DNA from: Hemiscyllium ocellatum
Taxonomy: Eukaryota
DNA: 64,000 nucleotides
NCBI RefSeq assembly: GCF_020745735.1
Contig: NC_083443.1
Location: 19,829,006-19,893,005 of the forward strand
Direction: 5' to 3'
A program made the position numbers and the translations under genes. This document shows, piece after piece, positions 24,412 to 37,725 of this stretch. Position 1 is the first letter of the stretch. Every line of letters begins with the position of its first letter. Below the pieces are notes generated by a model that was not told where the DNA came from, made no database searches, and saw only the letters and a program-made list of their open reading frames with translations.

Positions 24412-24867
24412 AACTGTGACAGATATTATTTTTGCCTATTTTCTAACACATATTTCATTGAAACCATATTCTTCATCTTATTTTGTCCAGTTTTAAATTT
24501 TAATGAAATCATTAGCTAAAATCTGTTGAGTGCATTCTTTTCACATTTAATTTTAAACAAATATTGTGCTTCAATGTTTCAAAATCAATAAGTGACATCT
24601 TATTAATGCTGATTGCTTTATGTAGACGTGGGTTACAGAATAAGAACACAGTGTCACTTAAGAGTGGTCAGGGGACAAAAGACAAAACTTTTTAATATAG
24701 AGCTTGAAAGTTGAAACTCACCTTATTTTAAAGCTTCAGTTAGATCTTTCGTAAAATGAAAAAGCTTCACTTTCTCCACATTTTTCCCATAACAAGCTCC
24801 CATGGAAAATGCTAGAATCTATAACACAAAATGCAATGACAGGATATTTATAAAATAGTGGTAGGAT

Positions 24868-26480
24868 CAGCTGAACTGAGATCACAGCACATAAACAGCT
24901 AACAGCATCAGCCTTGGCTCACTGTCCACTTTGAGTAAAAACTTAATGGCGTGATCTAGGTTTGTACTTTGTTGCAGTACTGAGGAAGTACTGAATTGTC
25001 AAAAGTACTGCCTTTTAGATGTGACAGTAAATCAAAATCCCAAATGCTGACAATGAGAGACTCTGAGGCATAATGATTTACTCCACATCCTTCCCTAAAC
25101 TGACATCTGTAAACAGTTATCCCAGTGCTCCAGTGGGTATTTGTGGTGACGCTTCTATGCTTACCAACCTCAATGACTGTACATTGGAAGTACTCAATGG
25201 CTGTCCCAGGGACTTTCGATTTTCTTTCTATTCTTCCATTTGGTGATCAGTGCTTCCAACTAGCTTGACTTTGCATTGCTCAACTTTAAGTGGATTTTCA
25301 GTTTTAGTCACATTTCAGTGGAAGTGACAATCTGCAAAGGACTGATGAATATTGAATTTTGAAAAAATGGTTTGTGATTTAAAAGCTAGAATGTTTTCTA
25401 AATATTCTGTTTCCACTTGAACTTCCTATATTCCTTTATCAGAGCCTTCTCACATCCTCTTCATAACTTCCTTTCCTACCTTACCTATTAGCAGCAAATT
25501 TTGCAATCATACTTTCAAGTCCTTCATCAAAATAATTGATTATAAACTGTAAACAGTTGAGGTCCCAGGTCTTGAACATATTCAATGACTGAGGCTCACT
25601 AGCCTATTCGAGAACTCCAAAGATTCACCATCCTCGAAAGAAATTCTTCTTCATCTCAGTCCTAAATGATCCCTTATTCTGAGACACTGTGTCCTTTTTG
25701 ATGCCAACCTTCTGCCAGATGAAACACCCTTCCTTCATCTAGGCTGTCAATCCTTTCAGGAACTTTATTAATTTGGATGAGACAACCTCTCACCTTTGAC
25801 CCAGCACAACATGCCATTGGAAAATGACCTGTTCATTCCTACTCTCTTTTCTGTCCATTACTAGTTATTAATCCATGATAGGATAGTCTTCCAAATCCCA
25901 TGTATTTTCTTGACCAACTTTTTTTATGTGGGATTTTATCAAAAGCATTCTGAAAATCTAAGCACACCACATCCATTGGTTCCCCCTTGTCTGTTCTGCT
26001 AGATACATCCTCAAAACACCTTTGTTAATTATGATGTTCCTTTCTTAAATCCATGTCAACCTATCATGCAAAGGCAAGCTAGTTTGGAGGCATTGATCCA
26101 ATGGAAGAATAGAAAGAAACAAAACAAAGACATTGCACACATGGGACATCCCAAAACTCTTTACGGCCATCGAGTACTTCCATTGGCAAGCACAGAAACA
26201 TCACCACAAACACCCCACTGGAGCACTGAGATACCTGCTTACAGATGTCAGTTTAGGCAAGGATGTTGAAATAACCAATAAGCCTCAGAGTCTCTCATTG
26301 TCAGCTTGAAAGGATTTTGATTTACTGTCACATAAAAGGGCAGTACTTTTTACAATTCAGCACTCCCTCAGTACTGCAAATTGCAAACCTAGATCACACC
26401 ATCAAGTTCCTACTCAAAGTGGACACTGAGCAAAGGCTGATGCTATCAGCTGTTCGTGTGTTGTGATCTCAGTTCAGCTG
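24868..26480. repeat. ~410-bp inverted duplication (24868-25276 / 26066-26480)
   Basis: Arms align as reverse complements, for example gctgacaatgagagactctgaggc versus gcctcagagtctctcattgtcagc. Confidence 0.85.
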
Positions 26481-27135
26481 GAGTGCCAATCAATGGAAGA
26501 ATGACTCTCTGACCCTTTTCTGCTTGGTTTGAAGTGCAGTCATGGTAGGACTCTGTCTCACATGTCTTCATGACCAATTGAAGTAGACCAGTGGCAAAAG
26601 TTTGGTCATCTGGTCCCACTTTGAACTCAGAGGTGTATACAACAGTAAAAGGAGTTAAATGAATAAAACACAGATTTGAGTAACATATTATATCTCGTTT
26701 ATATTACTTAACCATTGTTGTGCTTCTTGAAGGAATATTATGAGAATGTTTCACAGATTGTTTAACAAAATGTAAATATTTTGGAGCCTTTTGAAGACAA
26801 ATACAGGATGTGAATTGCAGGATCAGTTTCTCCTTGTGTTCTTTACATAAGGAAATATTCAATGTATTCTCCTTAACCTTATTACACAGAGGAAGTCTAT
26901 CCTGGGATTGGTAAATACACTAATTGTGTAATCCTATTAGAAACCTTCTTTACAATCAGTACTGTAATTACAGAAATAATTTTAAATAATAATGGTGTTT
27001 GGTGGTAGCTGGCCCTTTCGAGAAATCAGGTTTTCAGTCTGTCATTCTAACATTTCTAAACAGTACGTTGTATCCAACACACAGGTCAGTGATACTTTGA
27101 GAAGTTTGCTCCATCAGGAACATTACAGTGACAGC

Positions 27136-27314
27136 ATGTCCTCTGGAGGTGCGGGGATCTGGAAGAAGAAAAATGCCTATGCAGCTGTGAAAGTGGATCC
27201 CGATGATGATTATGTTACTCCAGGAGCATTTGAACTGGAGCGACTCTTTTGGAAAGGCACTGCAAAATTTGCTCATGTTGACGAAGTTTGGCCAGATATT
27301 TACATAGGAGATGA
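27136..27314 (+). CDS. DUSP29: DUSP29 (DUPD1) coding exon 1
   Basis: Reads [41 protein letters not shown]...[11 protein letters not shown]. The [14 protein letters not shown] motif is characteristic of DUPD1. GTAAGT donor at 27315, phase 2. Confidence 0.93.
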
Positions 27315-27501
27315 GTAAGTTCAAATTGTACTGTAAGATCCAACCAGACTAAGGCCATATAAAATATAAATTTTATAATGCTAACTAAATAACATCTGCC
27401 TTGTACTAAGAGACTAAAATAAAATAATCTTCATTATTACAAACCTTTGTAAATCATACAACTTAAATCCTAACATTTAAATGGGCCAGAGTGAACACTG
27501 T

Positions 27502-27810
27502 GGGCAGCACAGTGGCTCAGTAATTAGCACTGCTGTCTCACAGCACCAGGGTCCCAGGTTCGATTCCAGCCTCAGACGACTGCCTGTGTGGAGTTTGCAC
27601 ATTTGCCCGGTGTCTACGTGAATCCCTTCCGTTTGCTCCCACGATCCAAAGATGTGCAGATCAGATGAATTGGCCATGCTAAATTGCCCATAGTGTTAGG
27701 TGCATCATTCAAAGGGAAATAGGCCTGGGTGGGTTACTCTTTGGAGGGTTGGTGTGAATTTGTTGGGCCGAAAGGCCTGTTTCCACACTGTAGGGAATCT
27801 AATCTATTCT
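27502..27810 (+). mobile_element. V-SINE (HE1-like)
   Basis: Head with B-box ggttcgattcc, V-domain, aatct tail. Confidence 0.85.
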
Positions 27811-29383
27811 ACTACAGACATGGCATGATAAGAAATTGTTAAAGATTCTTTAGAACTAAATAGGAAAATTAGAAAAACATGCCTTAGCATATAGTTTAGT
27901 ATCATAAGCTACTGTTAAAGTTCAATCTAAATTCTTTTAAAAAGAACGAGAGGATTAATTAAAGGAATCAGTTATCATAAGAAGAGGTAATGGTATGGAA
28001 GTTAGAGGTGGAGTAGGGATGGATGGATTGGCATGTGAGAAAACATACAGATTTCAGGGCTAATGTTTAGTTTCTGCAGTTCTTTGTGCAAAAAAAGAAA
28101 TAAAAGTACGTGTACAAAGCAAAATTTAGTCCCTATCAGAATGGACAGTCACATGATATAACTAGGCACCAGCAAAGATTGCTAATGATACCTCTCCAAC
28201 ACTTCGGGTTTTCTGTTACCTTTCTTATTCTTGTCCACATTCTTCTTTTTTAAATGATTTACATGGCTGTTCCCTGTGGAAACTCATACCTTGCTCTCTG
28301 TACTCATTGTTGGCTAGACACCTCCTGCAAAGCACATTTCACTTGCTTACAACATGCTAAATGCATGCAGACAATCTGTCCTGGTCCTGCCAACTGACCT
28401 TCAACATGTATAACACATAACAAAAATATGCAGTCACTACTCTCAGGTAAGAACAGATTCAAAACCTAGATCCCAACTCTCTGGGTACACAACATTCCTT
28501 GAAGCACAATCTCACTGTTATATCTGGATAATCACAAATACCAGCATTGATGACAGTCATTAGCTCCTCCACTGATTGCGAAAGGATGCTTACATAGTCT
28601 CTTGGCAATTTTGTGCCTTTGTTCTGTAGGAAGTGTCAAGTTGAATCTCAAAAATATAAATCTATGTTGAAATGATCAGAAGCCATATCCAACTAACAAT
28701 TTTTAAAAAAAATTGGGGAGAGCTTTTACATGACTAAAAATGATCCCACACCTTATTAAGAGTATTCAGAGGAAATATAGAGTGAAATGCAGAAGATTGA
28801 ATCAATTTAGGAACCAATTGTAAAAATGATCTATATTCTGCTGATTAAATATAAATCTGAAGAATCCCATCATTTAATAGAATTGTAAAGTACAGCAGGA
28901 GAGGCCGTTTATTCCTTTGGGTTTGTCCTAACCGTTTGAAAGATCTATCCATTTACCGCCCTGACAACTGTTTATTCTTTTCTGTAAAAAAACACTGCTT
29001 TGTCCCCAAAATGTAATACTTTTCAAAAAGAAAATTAATTTTGGACATAATAGCACCTTGACTTTGAGCATTTTGATGGGACTAGTAAGAAGGTACAGAA
29101 TGTAAATGAAGCAGGTCCTGATGTAAGCGGAGTAAGATTTGGTTGGTTGCTCTCTGCACATGCTCTTGATTAGTTATGGAGTGACACTAGCAGGGATTTG
29201 AGACCAACCACACACATGCCCAGATGGTATGACCAGAAGAAATGGTCAAGAAAGTGAAGATAATGTGTTCTCCAAAACTTTGCAGGAGTGAAGAGAAACA
29301 TATTCTCAAAGTATGAGTACTTGCCGTTAACTGAGCATTTTGCAAGTCAACTAAATTAACATACCCTGTATATTTTATTATAG

Positions 29384-29604
29384 AGTAACAGCATTAGATC
29401 GGTATATGGTCGAAAAGATGGGTTTCACTCATATACTAAATGCAGCCCATGGTCGCTGGAATGTGGACACAGGAGATGAATACTATAGGAATATGCCTAT
29501 CGATTATTATGGTGTGGAGGCTGAAGATGTGCCAACGTTTAATTTAAGTGAATTCTTCTATCCAGCTGCCCAATATATTGACAGTGCACTAAGCAAACCA
29601 GGGG
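29384..29604 (+). CDS. DUSP29: DUSP29 coding exon 2
   Basis: ttatag acceptor ends 29383. Reads [30 protein letters not shown]...[24 protein letters not shown] donor at 29605, phase 1. Confidence 0.93.
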
Positions 29605-29684
29605 GTAAGTTATAATGCACACTCTAACCAATATCACTACAGGCTAAAGTCCCACAGAGATACAGGAATGTGCTCCCACAATTG

Positions 29685-29853
29685 CTGAGAATGTGGTGCT
29701 GGAAAAGCACAGCATCCGAGGACAAAGATAATCGAAGGGCTTATGCCCAAATCATCGATTCTCCTGCTCCTTGGATGCTGCCTTGTCTGCTGAGCTTTTC
29801 CAGCATCACATTCTCAACTCTGATCTCCAGCATCTGTAGTCCCCACTTTCTCC
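29685..29853. mobile_element. Short inverted Penelope-like pLTR just after DUSP29 exon 2
   Basis: tgagaatgtggtgctggaaaagc / gcttttccagcatcacattctca. Retains stem II gggcttatgccc. Degenerate TSD. Confidence 0.7.
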
Positions 29854-32209
29854 CATCAACTGCTCGCCACTAACAACTTTTATGACTCTACAACCAAAAA
29901 TGAATCAAAAGTAACAAAATTACGAAAGTAAATATTTTCAAACAAGTTTAAAAGTTTGATTGACATACCTTAAATATGGCTTAAAATTACATTTTTCATA
30001 AATGGTGCTCTAAACATATAAAAAAAACCCTGCCTTTTTAGTGTTCCTTAAGGGCATCATGCCCATTGTGTTACGTCTATCCTGAACTTTCAGAGTTCTA
30101 GAAATTATTTCTTGCCAAGAAGAAGCTAATCTTTACACGTAGAAAAGTGTGTAAGCATTTAACATCTGTGTTTCTTTTATTTGTTGTGACAAGTAGAGAA
30201 ACTGGGATTGTTCTCCATTGAGCCATGAAGATTAAGATTAGACTTTCTTTCTTCACTCTTGATACATGGGTGTCACCGTCTGGGACCCCATTTATTGCCC
30301 ATCCCTAGTTGCCCTTGAGAAGATGGTGGTGAACTGCCTTCTGGAATCAATACAGCCTATGTCCATATTCACTTAGCAGTGGTGTACAAATGTTCAAAGA
30401 AGTTGCTACCAATAATAGGAATGGACAGATATTGGCAAAAGAAACTGAGTTAAGATGAGATTACTTTTCAATGAAGAAAGTTCTTCTGAATTGGAAGAGA
30501 TTGGCTCAAAAGTAACTTCTGTTGTGTAAGGTCATGGCTCTATAAGCGTTAGTGGTGGGTGCAGCATGAGGCTTAACCAATCTTATGGTGTCATACCATT
30601 TTGGGTGGAGACATAAGGAGTCTAATGCTCAATCCTGATGTATCAGAGACATCATCCTGCCTCTTGATGGTCTTGGTAGCTCTGTCTAAATAGCTAAATC
30701 CTCGTGCACTTATTGCTGTTGAGGAAATGATTGTTAAGCCAAGTGTTTCTTTTAGTTAAGATAAAGCATTAAACAAGCCCCTGGGCCCAGTTTCAAAAGG
30801 ATTGCTGGCAGCACTCTACCACAACCAATAATCAGTAATGGCTGGTTCCACAGATACACAATAACTTCACTTGGGAATTGGGTTGCTGTTTGAAAAGGAA
30901 TGTTTTGTAGGGTAATAGGTAAGAGCTATGGAGTGGCAACACCAGTTTCTGTTCTGCACGATTTTAATCTTGCGTTTAACAAACTCCTCAAATAGGACTT
31001 GGCAAAACTCAAGAATACCATGTTGAGACCGCAATAAAATGGTTTTGAGTTGATTCTAAAATTAGGTTCAATTTTCATGCCAGAGTTATGTAAGGAGGTA
31101 TTAGTTGCCCTGGATTAAAATCTTCAGCTGCATTCTTCAGTAATAATGTTCGACATAACTCAAAGCCCTATGTTAGTTCGATAGTTTTAATCTGATGTGT
31201 TTCAACTCTGTGTAACATTACTCCATTAAGGTTCACAAAATGAGTCAGGCTATAAATAATAGTCATTAAATGTTTTTTTTAAACAGGCTTCCATTTGCAA
31301 ATGATACTCCCTCAGTGGTGAGCTTAGTTAGCAATCTATTGCAGAAAATATGACGCTCACACACATCATTAAAAACCTGAACTAGAACATGATTATTAAT
31401 AGCAGCAATAAGCCATCAAGTACATCAGAGTTACCACTGGTGAAAGATATTTCAAAAGGTCTTCAGTTCCAAGTTCCAATTGTAGCTGTTTCACTGATGT
31501 TCAGACATTCGCAATATCTTCCATCAGATGTAGGTGCACAAACAGAAATTTTAAGGTTAAGGTTATGTAAACATGTTTTGTTTTAAAGACTGCATTTCCT
31601 TCCAGATCACTGGGTTTCAAACAAATGTTTACACAGCATTATATTTTAGATTGAGTTTTAAGTTCAATTTAAAATTAGTTTTGCCAGCATTTTATTCTTT
31701 AAGAAACATCCATAGGGATATGTGACATTTCATTACATTTTGCTGTTTTCTTCTTTCAATCAAGGGCTTTTCCCTCACAAAGTATATGTTTTAGATAATT
31801 ATTCATTCAAGATTATTCAGAAAGTTCAATTGTGGCCTGGGGTCAGTGCAAGACCAACTATGTTCCCAAAGTATTTTGCATCAAAATAAAATACTGCAGA
31901 TACCAACAATCTGAAATAAAAACAGAAACTGTTGGAAGCACTCAATGGAGAAGGCAGCATGTGCGGAGAAAGCAGCAGTAATTTCATATTATCTTCAATA
32001 CTGGCATGTTTAAAAGCTGTCATAAAAATTTTGTTGTGTTTGGATACCTAGAAAAATATCTAGTTCATCTATATTTCCAGCTCTTCTTGTTTAGGATTTT
32101 TTTTTGTTGCATGTAGTCTAGTGACTCTGATATTAGAGAAGTGTATCCTCCTAACTTGCAATAAAGTGGACCAACTCATTCCATAATATATGTTGCTCTG
32201 CTTTTACAG

Positions 32210-32451
32210 CTAAGCTGTTAGTCCATTGTGCAAGGGGGCGGAGCCGATCAGCAACACTTGTCCTGGCTTATCTGATGATCTACAAAAATATGACCGTGGT
32301 GGATGCAGTTCAACAAGTAATAAAACACCGGTGTATTTTACCAAATCGTGGCTTTCTGAAGCAACTGAGAGCACTTGATATAGAACTGGCGATGGAGAGA
32401 AGTATTGCAAATAATGGCATCAACACAAGTGATGGAAAAGAAACTTGTTAA
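32210..32451 (+). CDS. DUSP29: DUSP29 coding exon 3 (P-loop HCARGRSRS)
   Basis: ttttacag acceptor ends 32209. Reads [57 protein letters not shown]...KETC*. Absent from the ORF track, translated by hand. Exons sum to 642 nt (213 aa). Confidence 0.93.
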
Positions 32452-32549
32452 CAATTCTTTTATTATACACAGACAATATAATACTTTTATATAGAAAACC
32501 ACAATCAGCTGTAAATATAGTTTTGGTATGTTCTGATATGCAAAGTTTT

Positions 32550-32555
32550 AATAAA
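32550..32555 (+). terminator. Candidate polyadenylation signal of DUSP29
   Basis: AATAAA about 100 nt after the stop. Confidence 0.5.
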
Positions 32556-32689
32556 TTAACCACATATTACTTTCTGAAATGGCATCCCATTGTCCCAAAG
32601 GTTTATACTATCTTATAATATTAATGAACTTTATGGAAACCTCAACAAAAAAAATGTAATGTGACCCAGATGTGGAAGTTCTTACTCAG

Positions 32690-34570
32690 ACCACAAAGTG
32701 TATGAACAGAAGGATGCCTTGGCCATTTTATCCCATCAAGTCTGCTCCACATTTCAATGAGATTGATCCTGATCGAATAATTCTCAAATTCACATTCTTG
32801 CAATCTACAACCCTTGATTCTTTTACTGATTAACAATCTATCTCAACAGCAAATATACTTAACAACCCAGCCTCGACAATCCTCTGCTGTAAACAAGTCC
32901 AGATTCACTAATCTCGGAGAATAAAATTCCTCCTCAATTTCTACGTTAAATGGGTGACCCCTTACTTTGAGATAATGCTCTGTGGTCCTAGATTCTCCCA
33001 CACTCTCTGCCTGTCAACGGCCCCTAAGAATCTAAGAGATTTCAATAAGAACACCTCTCATTCGTCTAAACTCCAATAAGTATGGGCCCTCAACCTCACC
33101 TCACAGGAAAATGACTCCATACCTGGGATCAACATTCACTGAGCTGCCTCCATTGTCAGTATATCTTTGCTTAGATAAAGGGACCAAAACTGTTTGCAGT
33201 ATTCAAAGTGTGGTCTGATAACTGCCTTGTACAGTTTTAGCAAGACCACCCCTGTTTTATAAAAGTCAACAGTCCATTTGTATGTCTAATTACCCACTAA
33301 ACTTACCTGTTAGCATTTAGTGATTTATGCAAAATATCTCCCAACTTGCTCTTTGCTGCGCCTTTCTGCAAGTTTTCTCCATTTAAATAATATCCTGCTC
33401 GATTCTTTCTGTCAAAGAGCCTAAGCTCACATTTTCCCAAATTATTCCACCTGCCAGATTTTGCTCACTCACAGTCTACAGAAGAATATAGACAGGTTGA
33501 GTGTCATTCTTGTTCCTTGCCTCCCACCTATTTTTGGTGTCATTCATAAACTTGCCAATAGTGCACTCCCTTCAGTTATCCAAGTAATGAATATATGTTG
33601 TAAATGGTGTGACCCAAGCAGTGACTGCTGTCACACTCCACTAATTTCAGGCTGCCGTCCTGAAAATGCCCCCTTTAGCCCAACTCTCTGTTTTCTATTA
33701 GTTAGCTAATCCCCTAATCCATGGACTTGTCTTATTAAGATTACTTACAGTGTGGAAACAGGCCCTTCGGCCCACGGGGAGAATGTGCAAACAGTCTGTC
33801 ACCTTACTCGGGAAATGAACCCGGGTCTCAGGCGCTGTGAGGCAGCAGTGCTAACCACTGTGCCACTGTGCCGCCCACCATGACATGCAATACCTTGTCA
33901 AATGCCTTTTGGAAATCCAAGTATATTACATTTACAGGTTCTCCTTTATGTATCCTGCTTGTTACTTCCTCAAAGAACTTTCATAAATGTGTGTCATGCA
34001 TGATTTCCCCTTAATGAAGTTTTGCTAACTCTGTTTAGTTGTGTTATATATTTCAAAATGCTCTATAACCTGCTTTAATGGACTCTAGCATTTCTCAGTG
34101 CCAGATATGAAGATAACTGGTGTATAGTTACCCGCTTTTTATCTCCTTCCTTTTTTAAATAAATACATTACATTGGCTGTTTTCCAATCTTCTGGGACTT
34201 TCCAGGGTTCTTGGAAGATTACTACCAGTGCACCTACTTTCTCTGTGGTTATTTTAAAGTCCTCAACAAATCCCAACAGGGCCAGGAGACTCATTGGTCT
34301 ATTAGTTTCCCTAGTACTTTTTCTCCAGGGACAGTTATTGTGCTTATTTCCCCTCCCACATTTAGCTCCTCGATTATGTAATGTTTTTGGAACGCTATTA
34401 GTGAAGACTGAAGCAAAGCATTTATTCAACTCTCCTACCACTTCCTGGTTCCCCATTAATAAACCAGTTGCCTCATTCTCCAAGGGACATATGTTCACTT
34501 CGATCTATCTCTTCCTTTTTATATATTTAACCAAGTTTGAAATGTGCATTTTTATATTACTTGCCAGTTT
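32690..34570 (-). mobile_element. Old CR1 LINE fragments
   Basis: ORF 34139-34498 contains ELNKCFASVFT and VPEDWKTANV..LFKKG (CR1 ORF2). Confidence 0.75.
33738..33876 (-). mobile_element. Internally deleted V-SINE nested in an old CR1
   Basis: Tail and head present, middle missing. Confidence 0.7.
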
Positions 34571-35457
34571 GCCCTCACAGCTTATTTCTTCCCTCTTTGT
34601 TCAACTTCTGGTCACTTTATTTTATCCCCTTCTTAGAATCCTTTGTCCTCACTGGGATATACGTTTGCTATGAGTTATTAGACATCTTAAATATTGGCTG
34701 TTATCTTCAAGCCAGGATTAAGATACTGGCTTTTTAAAAATGTCTTCATTATCTCCCACTTTATTCTCTGTCTCAAAGAACAAATGCTATAGGGAGTCTG
34801 TAGATTATTCTCACCAGTATATTCTACCCATTATTATTTCTTACCTCCATTCACATAGTTTCGACCTCATTCAATCCAAATTCATTTCTCGCTACGAGTT
34901 ATTCCATCTTGTACTAACAAAGCCACTCCATCATCTGTTTCCTTCAAAGTCACATACTCTGAATATTTAGTTCCAACTTTGACATCCTTGTAATAACGAT
35001 GCAATGGATAGAAGGTCATATGCATTAACCTCTATTTGTACCATTAATTCATTTATATTGTTCCAAATTTAACACACATTTGAACAGTCATTAATTTCAC
35101 CTTTTTACTATTTCCCCTCTTTTGCTGCTGTTTCCTTTTCTTAAAAAAACTTGTACATTCTCTCCCTCCCTGTTTCACTCAATTGCCCTCCAACATTGCC
35201 AAATCCTTTTGCTTTGTAACTCTATGTATCCCTCTCTTAAACATTCCCTTCCCTATAATTATTTCAAAGCTCTAATATTATCTCATTACAAGGGCTTAAA
35301 AGTAAATTGCTAGCTGTCGAATAAAGTGATCAACAAGACTATGAAAAAATTGGAGTAGCACAGACATCTCAGAGAACTGGTGGAGTTGAACTAAGACAGA
35401 GCAAGAACATGGAGGATCATGAGCTAACATTGGTCAGCAAATAGGATGCGGTGACAA

Positions 35458-35920
35458 AAGGGCTTATGCCCGAAACGTCGAATTTCCTGTTCCTTGGATG
35501 CTGCCTAACCTGCTGTGCTTTAACCAGCAACACATTTTCAGCTCTGATCTCCAGCATCTGCAGATCTCACTTTTTACACTAAATAGAATGTGGGTACAGA
35601 GATTTAAGGGAGCTTAACTTTCTGGAGGGAAACTGGCTAGGACATTCACAAATCAGTCAACAAGAAGAAAGATAATACCTATGACTGGTTGGTCTTTAAG
35701 CAAGTGCCAGCTCCAACAGAATACTTGATGTTGTTCCTCTAAATTGAGAGCATTACTATCTCCCATCTGCCTCAGAGAATGTCTCAGGCCCAGGATTTCT
35801 GCTTTCATGACCGAAACATCAAATTTCCTGTTCCTTGGATGCTGCCTAACCTGCTGCGCTTTAACCAGCAACACATTTTCAGTTCTGATCTCCAGCATCT
35901 GCAGAACTCACTTTTTACTC
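35458..35920 (+). mobile_element. Two 5'-truncated Penelope-like pLTR copies (35458-35577, 35811-35920)
   Basis: Near-identical ~110-bp units. The first retains gggcttatgcccGAAACGTCgaat. Confidence 0.75.
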
Positions 35921-37289
35921 GAAGTCTTATCATCACCACCAAGCAGGGTGAGACAGTGGCATGGGAGAAATTATATGCTTTTGCTATACTAAACCAACAT
36001 GTTCAACCAGCATATTGCCTACACACAACCATGGTTAACTATTATCCAACTTCATCGAAGTGCCCATAAGCTGTTAGTACATTACAGCAGTTTAAGTTTA
36101 CTGCCTCAGCTTATTTGGAGCATATCTCTGAAAGGGATGGAGTCCTGTCACCTTTGAGATAATTACATTCCTTGAGCATATTCCTATTAATAGGAGGCAA
36201 GTTTGCCTCAAAACATTGGGTGTGTGTGCATGTACATGTTTGTTGGGAATCACTTTCAAAGTACCTAGAGAGCATGATAAAACAAATTATTCAGGATGAT
36301 GGAGTAAAATATTTATTTAGATCTATCAGCCTTTCTTGAATGAGCAATAATGTAATGCGGACATATAAAAATCTTTATCTTCCCTAGATCACATCCTCTT
36401 TTGTAAAACCTCAAATGTTGGACAGAAAGGCCTTATAAGCAGACCTTTAGGCCCCAGCATTTAAAAAAAAAAGGGAAAAATATTAGGGAGATGGCCATTG
36501 TGACATACAATGCACTTGATAGATAGCTTTTAGTGAACTCACTCCCAACTTACCACATCTCTGGGGGAAAAACAAAGTGTGCTGGCTGTGAAAAGCAATG
36601 CCAGTGTCACTAATGCACTTATACAATAATTGAACAGAATTAAAAGTTGCTTTTGATTAATCAAATGACACAGAAGTTTCAAAAATTTGTAACAATTTTT
36701 TCATTTCATACGCAAACTAAAGGAACTTGCAGTTATTAATTTAAGTATTTTACAATCCCAAAAGGGAAGGGAAATTTGTTTTGAATAAACATCACTTGGT
36801 AACCCTGTACATGGCCCTTATGCACCTAGTTCATCTGAAAGACATATACCCTCAATTCCTCTTGCTCGTGGTGAAATATTGATTGAAGTCTTGTGCGAAA
36901 ACCTCTTTCAGAATTACTTTGTCATTGGTACAAATACATAGGAGAGATCAGTTCATTAACTTTTACAGACAGACCAGTCTGACTCAGTTGTATATCTGGA
37001 GATCTAAGTGAATATAAAAATAATAAGAGCTGCTCAAATCCACCAACTTTAACCCATTAAGTTTAAAGAGTGGGTCTGGGATCCCCTCGGTGAATAAAAT
37101 AAATCTGTTTATAACTTGCTTTGGTAGCCTGTATAATTGAAAAGTGGGAGGGGGAGCTGAACCTTACTGCTAAGCCTCTTCCAAGGATACGTACCTAAAA
37201 GAAGCTCTCCTACTCTCTCAACAAGGATCTCAATGAGTCTCTGAACAACTTCAACTCGCTGTCCCACTCCCCAAGGGCATGCAAGTTCA

Positions 37290-37725
37290 GGGCCTCCTCC
37301 ACCATCAAATCCAAGCCACCCACCAACTGGAGGAAGAACATTGGGACCCTTCACAGCATCAACATTGACTTCCCTTAATTTCTAAATTTCCCCTTGCCCC
37401 TCATCCCAGATCCAACCCTCCAACTCAGCACAGCCCTCTTGACCTATCTATCTTTCTTCCCACCTCTCTGTTCCACCCTCCCCACCGACCTATCACAATT
37501 ACCCCTCACCTGCATTCACCTCATTTTGCCAGTTATCTCACCCCCCAGCCTCAGCCTCCTATTTATCTCGCAGCCCTGTTCCCCCTCCACTTTCCTGACA
37601 AAAGGTCTTTGCCTGAAATGTCGAGTCTCCTGCTCCTCAGTGTTGCCTGACCTGCTGTGCTTTTCCAGCACCACACACTATTCAACTCTGACTCTCCAGC
37701 ATCTGCAGTCCTCACTTTGTCTCCT
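37290..37725 (+). mobile_element. Penelope-like 3' end (GIY-YIG remnant plus pLTR)
   Basis: QLEEEH...INIDF-like remnant, C-rich UTR and a pLTR matching 19368-19720. Confidence 0.7.

Noticed and set aside
26992-27135. 48-aa N-terminal extension of DUSP29 from the ORF track
   Set aside because: No DUSP similarity and it contains acceptor-like sites. The Met at 27136 matches the DUPD1 start.
10743-32448. Terminal cysteines (ATFC, KETC) as prenylation signals
   Set aside because: Cys is the last residue, so these are not CaaX, CC or CXC motifs.
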